Shown: piece by piece, positions 57,241 to 64,000 of the stretch
Layout: every line of letters starts with the position of its first letter
Numbering within the stretch: position 1 is the stretch's first letter
DNA from: Pseudomonadota bacterium
Lineage (GTDB): Bacteria > Pseudomonadota > Alphaproteobacteria > GCA-2731375
Assembly (NCBI GenBank): GCA_027623205.1
Contig: JAQBYC010000005.1
Coordinates: 310-64,309 of the forward strand
Length of the DNA: 64,000 nucleotides
Direction of reading: 5' to 3'
Notes under the pieces: model-generated
Seen by the model: the letters and a program-made list of their open reading frames with translations, nothing else
What the model was told of the DNA's origin: nothing
Database searches by the model: none
Made by a program: the position numbers and the translations under genes

Positions 57241-60200
57241 CTATTCCGCCGCCTGCGGCGCGAGCGGCGCCTTCGCCGCCCGGCGCCGCTCCAACTGGGC
57301 CGAAGTGCGGGCGCCAAGGGCCAACAGCGAGGGCGTCACGAACAGGGTCAGCACGGTGGCGAAACTCAACCCGAACGCCACGGCCGTGGAAAGCTGCACC
57401 CACATCTGGGTCGAAGGCGCGCCATGGGAGATTTCCCGCGTTACAAAGTCAATGTTGACCTGAAAAACCATGGGCAACAGGCCGAAAATCGTGGTGATCG
57501 TGGTCAACATCACCGGACGCAAACGCTGGCTGCCGGTGCGAACCACGGCTTCCATGGGTTCCATGCCCGATTTCACCAATCTGGCATAAGTATCGATCAA
57601 AACGATGTTGTTGTTGACCACGATACCGGCCAGGGCGATGACTCCGATCCCGGTCATGACGATACCAAACGATTGCCCGGTGATAATCAAGCCGGCCATC
57701 ACCCCCACCGTGGACATGATCACCGCCGTCAAAATCAACAGGGAATGATAGAAGCTGTTGAACTGGGTGATCAAAATAATCGCCATCACGAACAGAGCGA
57801 AGCCAAAGGCCTTTTGCAGAAAAGCCGCCGCCTCCTTTTGATCCTTGTCGGCGCCCCGGAACCTGATATCGACATCCGCGTCAAAGGTCTGGTTCCGCAT
57901 CCAGGTGCGAATTTCATTGATCTTGTCGTCGCTCAACAGGCCTTCGGCGACGCTGGCCTGCAGCTTCAGCACGCGCTGCCCGTCGCTGCGTTTCAGCAAA
58001 CCGGAGCGTTGTTGCGGGGTGCGCGTAACAAAATTCGAAATGGGTACCTGGCCATGGCTGGTTTCCACGCGCAACAGATCCAACTGTTCGATATTACGGT
58101 ACTGGATGGGAAAGCGGACCCGAATTTCCACTTCCTCGTCAGCATCATCCGGCCGGTATTCCCCGACCTTGATGCCGTTGGTGACCAGTTGCACCGCCTT
58201 GCCCACGGCCAGAATATCGGCGTTGAAAAGGCCCGCCTGGGCGCGGTCGACCTGGACCTGCCATTCGATACCGGGCAGGGCGCGGCTATCTTCCACATCC
58301 AGGATACCGTCCATGGACTCCAGTTTGCGGCGGAAATTCGCCACCACCGCATCCAGGCGTTCAGGGATTTGGGAACGAAATTCAATCTGGATATCCTTGC
58401 CCGTGGGCGGTCCAAAGTCCGGTTCCCTGGGTTCCACCCAGACGCCAGCCAAATGCGCCGTGCGTTGCCTGATTTCGCCGGTGATTTCGGCCGAGGTACG
58501 GCGTTCGTCCCAATTGATGAACTCAATGAAGATGGTGCCGATCACGTCCTGGGCCTGATCCTCGCCGCGGGAAGCGCCACCGGTTCGGGCATAGATCGTA
58601 CGGATGCCCGAAATGTTCATCAATTCCGCCTCGACCTCGCGGACCAGCAGATCTTTTTCCCGGGTGGACATGTTGCCGCGGGCATGCACATGGACCAGGG
58701 TTTGTTCCGGCTCCACATCGGGAAAAAATTCCACCCCCTTGCCGGATGACCAATAGGCCGCCTGGACTCCGGCCAGAATGACCACCGCCGCCGCCACCAC
58801 CAGGATTGGGCGGCGGATTATGACCGTCAGGGTACGGGCGTACAGGCCCGTCATACCGGGCAACTGCCGCACATCACCGCGCTCGGATACCGCCAGGGCG
58901 GCCAGGGTCTGCTTGTTGGCAGAGCTCGCCTTGCCGATCAAACCGCCCAATGTGGGCACGAATATCAGGGCCATCAACAGTGAGCCGGTCAGGGTCACGA
59001 CCAGAGTAATGGGCAGGAATTTCATGAACTCGCCCACGACGCCCGGCCAAAATATCAACGGCATGAAAGCGGCCAGGGTCGTGGCCGTGGATGCGATGAT
59101 CGGCCAGGACATACGGCGGGCGGCCATGGCATAGGCCTCTTTCCGCGGCAGGCCTTCAGCCAGTTTCCGATCGGCATATTCAGTCACCACGATGGCCCCA
59201 TCGACCAACATCCCGACCGCCAGGATCAGGGCGAACAGCACGACTATATTGACGGTCAGGCCAAGGCCATCCAGCACCAGGATGCCGAACAGAAACGAGG
59301 CCGGAATAGCCAGACCGACCAGCCCGGCCGTGCGCAGGCCCAAGGCGGCCACGACAACAATAAAGACCAGAAGAATGGCGCTAAGCACGTTGTTCTGCAG
59401 GTCGTCCAGCATCCGGCGGATATTTTTCGATTCATCCTGAATGAAATCCACCTGCACACCGGCGGGCCAGCTTTTGGCGCGCGCCGTCACCAGATGACGC
59501 ACCTGATCGATGGTTTCGATAACATTCTCGCCAAGGCGCTTCTTGATTTCCAGGGTGACGCCGGCGCGCCCGTTGATGCGGGCGTACGAGGTCGCATCGC
59601 GGAAGGTCCGGCGCACCGTGGCAACGTCAGCCAGCGTGACAACACCATTCCCGAAGGCCTTGATGGGTAAATTCAATAAATCCTCGGCGGTTTCGAACAG
59701 TCCCGGCACCTTGATGGCAAAACGACCCTTGCCCGTATCCATGGTGCCGGCGGCGATAAGCTGATTGTTACGGGACGCCGTCCGCACCAATTCCTCCTGG
59801 CTGATGCCATAACTTTCCAGGCGCACGGGATCGACCAATATTTCCAGCAACTCCGCCCGCTCGCCCGCGATATCAGCCTCCAACACCCCCGGCAATGCCT
59901 CCAATTCGTCCTGCAAGTCCCGCGCCAGCCGCAACAAGGTGCGCTCGGGAACATCGCCGGCCAGGGTGACCACAAGCACCGGAAACAGCCCCACATTGAC
60001 CTCGTGCGCGGTCGGTTCGTCGGTTTCCGCGGGCAGGTCGGGTTTCACCAGATCAATGGCCTCGCGCACGTCGCGCAGGGCCTGATCCGCATCAAAACCC
60101 GCCTCGAATTCCAGCAATACCGAGGCACTTCCCAATTCCGCCCGGCTGCGCATTTCCTTGACCCCTTCGATGGAGCGCAATTCCTGCTCCATGGGGCGGA

Positions 60201-60393
60201 CCAACAGGCGCTCGGCATCCTCGGGCGAGATGCCGTCGTGCTTCATGGCGACATAAATGATGGGAATGTTGATATCGGGCTTGGATTCCTTGGGAATGGT
60301 CAGATACGAACCCAGGCCGGCGATCAACACCAGAACCAGAATGGATAGAACGCTGCGGGCATGCTGGACCGCGGCATCAATGATGGCGTTCAT
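57241..60393 (-). CDS. RND efflux permease (AcrB/AcrD/AcrF family)
   Basis: 1050 aa; GMLVDGAIVV, GIVVNNNIVL, RLRPVMLTT. Confidence 0.93.
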   Translation of the reverse strand: MNAIIDAAVQHARSVLSILVLVLIAGLGSYLTIPKESKPDINIPIIYVAMKHDGISPEDAERLLVRPMEQELRSIEGVKEMRSRAELGSASVLLEFEAGFDADQALRDVREAIDLVKPDLPAETDEPTAHEVNVGLFPVLVVTLAGDVPERTLLRLARDLQDELEALPGVLEADIAGERAELLEILVDPVRLESYGISQEELVRTASRNNQLIAAGTMDTGKGRFAIKVPGLFETAEDLLNLPIKAFGNGVVTLADVATVRRTFRDATSYARINGRAGVTLEIKKRLGENVIETIDQVRHLVTARAKSWPAGVQVDFIQDESKNIRRMLDDLQNNVLSAILLVFIVVVAALGLRTAGLVGLAIPASFLFGILVLDGLGLTVNIVVLFALILAVGMLVDGAIVVTEYADRKLAEGLPRKEAYAMAARRMSWPIIASTATTLAAFMPLIFWPGVVGEFMKFLPITLVVTLTGSLLMALIFVPTLGGLIGKASSANKQTLAALAVSERGDVRQLPGMTGLYARTLTVIIRRPILVVAAAVVILAGVQAAYWSSGKGVEFFPDVEPEQTLVHVHARGNMSTREKDLLVREVEAELMNISGIRTIYARTGGASRGEDQAQDVIGTIFIEFINWDERRTSAEITGEIRQRTAHLAGVWVEPREPDFGPPTGKDIQIEFRSQIPERLDAVVANFRRKLESMDGILDVEDSRALPGIEWQVQVDRAQAGLFNADILAVGKAVQLVTNGIKVGEYRPDDADEEVEIRVRFPIQYRNIEQLDLLRVETSHGQVPISNFVTRTPQQRSGLLKRSDGQRVLKLQASVAEGLLSDDKINEIRTWMRNQTFDADVDIRFRGADKDQKEAAAFLQKAFGFALFVMAIILITQFNSFYHSLLILTAVIMSTVGVMAGLIITGQSFGIVMTGIGVIALAGIVVNNNIVLIDTYARLVKSGMEPMEAVVRTGSQRLRPVMLTTITTIFGLLPMVFQVNIDFVTREISHGAPSTQMWVQLSTAVAFGLSFATVLTLFVTPSLLALGARTSAQLERRRAAKAPLAPQAAE

Positions 60394-61547
60394 GATGCCG
60401 GCGCCCCGCCGGCTTTACCAGCATCGGCTTTGCCTTCGCCGCTGTTGCCGTCAGGCTGAGCGGAAACCCGGACCCGGTCGCCCTGACGCACGAACTCCTG
60501 GCCAACCACGATCAACTCGGCCTTTTTCGGCAAACCGGCAACCCACATGCCGTCCGCGGTACTGTCGATGATCTCAACCGCATAGAAGCCGACCACGCCG
60601 CCACTCTCCACACAGCGCACACCGACAGTGCCGCTGTCATTCAGGGTCAGGATGGCCGGTGTGATAAAATGAGCCTGCACCTGGTCGGTGGGAAAACTAA
60701 GCGCGGCGGTCGTACCATGGCGTAATTTACCGTCGGAATTCGGCACCAGCAATTCGACCCGGAAAGTCCGGGTGGTGGCATCCGCCGTGGACGCGATGTA
60801 ATGGATTTTGCCCTCGACCTTTTCTCCGGTAACCAGGGTGGCGCTGCCTTTGTCGTTCAGGCGTAGGCGGCCGACATTATTCTCGCTGACCTGCGCCACC
60901 ACCAGGTAGGGATCTTCATCAACCAGCAGGGCAATAGGGCTGCCGTCCTTGACATAGGCGCCCAATTCCACTTCGCGGCTGTCGACGATAGCGTCAAAGG
61001 GCGCGCGGATCACGGTGCGGTCCAAGGCAACATCCATCGCTTTAACCATGGCCATGGCCCCATCCAGGCGGGCCGCCGCGGCGGAAAACTGGGTTTCCGC
61101 GCGATAGCCTTTTTTGCGCAGTTGCTTGGCCGCCTCGTACTCAATCTCGTGTTGGCGCACCAGGGCCTTGGCTTCCGCCATTTGCGCCATTCGGTCTGCG
61201 ACATCGATACGCACCAGCACGTCACCACGGCGGACCCGGCCGCCCTTTTGCACCGCGACCTCGGTGATCCGACCCTTGATTTCGGACATCACCATGACCT
61301 TGCGCTTGGCTTCGGTATGCCCCCGCGCGGTAACTTCGCGCCAATGGTCCTGAGCCACCGATGGCTTGGTGCGCACGGCGGTCAGCGAGGCGTCTCCTTG
61401 TTTGGCGTTACGTTCGGCGACCGTAGGCGCCTGACCGGGTACAACTTTGCCATTCGCCAGGCCGTTGTGCGCACCGAACTGGCCGCTCAACACCCAGCCC
61501 AACGCGACCACGGTAATGGCCGCGGCAAGGAGATAGGAAACCCGCAT
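60390..61547 (-). CDS. RND periplasmic adaptor (MFP)
   Basis: N-terminal TM, lipoyl-like halves (KGGRVRRGDVL; IRAPFDA), TRTFRVE; ATG 61547. Confidence 0.9.
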   Translation of the reverse strand: MRVSYLLAAAITVVALGWVLSGQFGAHNGLANGKVVPGQAPTVAERNAKQGDASLTAVRTKPSVAQDHWREVTARGHTEAKRKVMVMSEIKGRITEVAVQKGGRVRRGDVLVRIDVADRMAQMAEAKALVRQHEIEYEAAKQLRKKGYRAETQFSAAAARLDGAMAMVKAMDVALDRTVIRAPFDAIVDSREVELGAYVKDGSPIALLVDEDPYLVVAQVSENNVGRLRLNDKGSATLVTGEKVEGKIHYIASTADATTRTFRVELLVPNSDGKLRHGTTAALSFPTDQVQAHFITPAILTLNDSGTVGVRCVESGGVVGFYAVEIIDSTADGMWVAGLPKKAELIVVGQEFVRQGDRVRVSAQPDGNSGEGKADAGKAGGAPAS

Positions 61548-61560
61548 GTTCAAATCCCGC

Positions 61561-62130
61561 CTAATTGCCAGCGCCGGCGCCAGTGCGACCGCCGGTGCGA
61601 TCGCCATCGATCTGCGCCAGCAACGCTTCGCTTTCCACCAGATACCGGTTGTCTTCCAGATAGCTCGCCGCCGCCTCGTAAAGTGCCCGGCCATAGCCGG
61701 CAACAAAGCGTTGTGCCGCCGTGCCGCGGGCCTCCCTTTCGGCAAGTTCGGCCCCAAGGCTGCGATGTTCCGCGATCCGTCGGTCGATCATTTCGCCAAC
61801 CTGGCCGGCAGGCAATAGATCGGCGAAAAACATGGCGACCAGGAACTCGGAACGGACCCGGTCCCGGCCGGGTGGATTGTTCAATTCCCTGACCAAGGTC
61901 AATCGCCCTTCGACCGTCAGGCTATAGACTTTTTTATCTGGCCGTTTCGCCTGCTGTTCGGTTTCACTACGGACCAACCCTTCGGTCTGCAGACGCTTCA
62001 GGGCCGGATAGATCGATCCAAAGGAGGCGTCATAAAAATGGCTGAAGACATTCTCCAGCCGTTTTTTGATTTCATAGCCCGACGCGTCGCCCAGGCTCAA
62101 CACGCCGAGGCATAGGGTACGTACATCCAT
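61561..62130 (-). CDS. PadR family transcriptional regulator
   Basis: SGYEIKK, SFGSIYPALKRL, PDKKVYSLT..GR; GAGGAG RBS. Confidence 0.92.
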   Translation of the reverse strand: MDVRTLCLGVLSLGDASGYEIKKRLENVFSHFYDASFGSIYPALKRLQTEGLVRSETEQQAKRPDKKVYSLTVEGRLTLVRELNNPPGRDRVRSEFLVAMFFADLLPAGQVGEMIDRRIAEHRSLGAELAEREARGTAAQRFVAGYGRALYEAAASYLEDNRYLVESEALLAQIDGDRTGGRTGAGAGN

Positions 62131-62282
62131 CACAAATCGATCTCCTCGCTTGCCAACATTTTGCATATAGCGATTCGATATATTAATGTAAAGAGTAGGT
62201 TATCAAACTACGCCATAAGGCCTAGCTGAACAGACGCCAAACAGCCGTGTTCATCGGGGGTCTCAGAGGGCAGGCGGTCCGG

Positions 62283-63227
62283 TCAGGCGAGGCTGATCAC
62301 GTCGCCGGCATGGTTCAGATCCGCCAGTTCACGGCCCAGATAAGCCGCGACGCTGGCTAGACCACGGGGCGCCCCCGGCGCCAGGCGAGCTTCAGCTTCG
62401 GGATTATAGTTCGTGTTGGTGTTGATATCATAGGTCAGGGCCCGGCCCGCGGCATCAACAATGAACTCGATGCCGGCAATCGAAATCCGGTTGTCCGCCA
62501 GGAACCGGCCATAGGCTTGGATCAAGGGCGAGGAAAATCCTTCCACGATTTGGAACATGGGGCCCTGGGCGGGATCCACGGCGCAGGCTTCCGCCGGGCA
62601 AAGTTGAAAGCCATCGCGGGTGTCCACCCGCACGGCGTAAAGAAACGCCCCGCCGACGAATTCAAGCCGGGTGATGTACGGCGCCGGCGCCTGAATATAT
62701 TCCTGCAACAACAAAATGCCGTCTATCGGCGGCTCATGGTCCGGGCCGTCCAGCCAGGCGGCAAAGGCTGCTGCGTCGTCATGCAAGTACACGCCCAAGC
62801 CTTTTCCGCCCCGATTATGTTTGGAGATGAAGGGTCCGGCAAAGGTGCGGGCGGCCGCGATCGCCGGGTCGCGGCCATGGGTGGGACAGGTGCGCGGGGT
62901 CGCTATCCCCGCCGTTCGCAGCGCGGCATATTGCGCGACTTTCGACAGTTCCAGGCGAACGGCGCTGCTGCCGTTGACTACTCGGCGGCCATAGGCCTCC
63001 AGCCATTGGATCACCGCATCGGCATATTCCGGCGCAAAGCGGTGGCCGCGGCTATGGGCCGAGGCGCTTAACCGGGAATAGTACAGGCCCTTTGGTGGAG
63101 GCGCGGACAGATCGAATTGACCCTGGGCCACATCCCAAAGCCGATAGGGCAATTGGCCCCGGTCCAGTTCCGCCAATAGCGGCGCCGTCCATTCGCTGTT
63201 CTCGTAAAGAATATGGATTTGTGTCAT
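62283..63227 (-). CDS. ATP-grasp ligase (RimK/glutathione synthetase-like)
   Basis: KHNRGGKGLGV, LLQEYI, GIEFI, YDINTNTNYN. Confidence 0.82.
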   Translation of the reverse strand: MTQIHILYENSEWTAPLLAELDRGQLPYRLWDVAQGQFDLSAPPPKGLYYSRLSASAHSRGHRFAPEYADAVIQWLEAYGRRVVNGSSAVRLELSKVAQYAALRTAGIATPRTCPTHGRDPAIAAARTFAGPFISKHNRGGKGLGVYLHDDAAAFAAWLDGPDHEPPIDGILLLQEYIQAPAPYITRLEFVGGAFLYAVRVDTRDGFQLCPAEACAVDPAQGPMFQIVEGFSSPLIQAYGRFLADNRISIAGIEFIVDAAGRALTYDINTNTNYNPEAEARLAPGAPRGLASVAAYLGRELADLNHAGDVISLA

Positions 63228-63236
63228 GCCCGGCGC

Positions 63237-64000
63237 CTAGCCGACCTTGACCGAGGTACCGCCGTCAACGGGCAGGGCGGCACCGGTTATGAAACCCGCC
63301 TCATCGGAAGCAAGGAACAGGGCCGCGTTGGCGACGTCCCAGGCGGTGCCCATCTTGCCCCCCAGGGGCACTTTGGCATCGCGTCCAGCGGCAATTTCGG
63401 CCCGGCTCTTACCCAGTGCCAGGACCCGGGTATCGACCGCCATCGGCGTATCCATCAGTCCCGGCAGTATGACATTGGCGCGCACGCCATAGGGCGCGTT
63501 CTGAATAGCCAGTTGCTCCGTCAGGGCGATAACCGCCGCCTTGGTGGTTTTATAGGCAACCAGGGGATACATTGACCAGGCGGCGAGCGACGAAATATTG
63601 ATGATCACCCCGCTGCCCTGCGCCCGCATGCCGGGCAGGGCGTGTTTACAAGTCAAAACCATGCCGCGCAGGTTCACGGCGACACAATGGTCGAAGGCAG
63701 CAACCGTAATCTCGGTAATCTCGGCGTCGCCGCCGGCGATCGAGATGCCCACATTATTATGCAAGATATCCAGCCGGCCATGACGCCCCAGACATTCGGC
63801 CACGGCGGCCTGGACAGACGCCTCATCGGTCACGTCGGCCTGCACCGCAATTGCCTTGCCGCCCTCGTCCTTTATCATCGCCGTGGTTTCCTCGGCCGAG
63901 CCGAGATCGCGGTCAACCGCGACCACCTGGGCGCCCTGCCGGGCGAACACCATGGCCGTGGCCCGGCCGTTGCCCATGGTCTCGCCCGGGCTTTGTCCCG
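63237..64000 (-). CDS. SDR family oxidoreductase (5'-truncated by window edge)
   Basis: GQSPGETMGNGRA, HNNVGIS, YKTTK; same subfamily as 54236..55051. Confidence 0.88.
   Translation of the reverse strand, partial: GQSPGETMGNGRATAMVFARQGAQVVAVDRDLGSAEETTAMIKDEGGKAIAVQADVTDEASVQAAVAECLGRHGRLDILHNNVGISIAGGDAEITEITVAAFDHCVAVNLRGMVLTCKHALPGMRAQGSGVIINISSLAAWSMYPLVAYKTTKAAVIALTEQLAIQNAPYGVRANVILPGLMDTPMAVDTRVLALGKSRAEIAAGRDAKVPLGGKMGTAWDVANAALFLASDEAGFITGAALPVDGGTSVKVG

Noticed and set aside
44249-58749. Long opposite-strand ORFs (44249..45622, 52543..53961, 54089..55621, 57424..58749)
   Set aside because: They overlap well-supported genes on the other strand and have no recognisable domain.
62164-62182. 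Imperfect AT-rich palindrome (ATATAGCGATTCGATATA) as the PadR operator
   Set aside because: The position is plausible, but it is short and imperfect and cannot be supported from sequence alone.

Overview
High-GC bacterial chromosomal window, probably an alphaproteobacterium (inferred from a Caulobacter-type short flagellin with a CtrA-like box and paired mlaC/mlaA). About 57 protein-coding genes; no rRNA, tRNA, CRISPR array, transposase or phage gene was recognised. Layout: 1-11 kb holds a CHASE2 adenylate cyclase, an HtrA-like pseudo-protease-mlaC-Sel1-mlaA block, a cupin, a quinone oxidoreductase flanked by relics of neighbouring genes, and an acyl-CoA synthetase. 11-39 kb is a cyclic-amide/pyrimidine-type catabolic island (hydantoinase A/B, dihydropyrimidinase, deacetylase, amidase, Pot-like ABC importer, upp). 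It also encodes a hydantoinase B with an N-terminal Rad52/Rad22-like domain, a 938-aa flotillin/SPFH protein whose coiled-coil is internally duplicated (200-aa period, 29-aa repeats) and three unknown membrane proteins, two of them paralogues; this is the best candidate for an undescribed system. 39-43 kb holds an orphan flagellin under a c-di-GMP-I-like riboswitch and a deiodinase-like selenoprotein (in-frame UGA plus SECIS-like hairpin) that the ORF track splits in two. 43-64 kb is mostly routine: SDRs, MFS, an MlrC/peptide ABC operon and a PadR-RND-MFS efflux operon. All assignments come from motifs read by eye; no database search was run.
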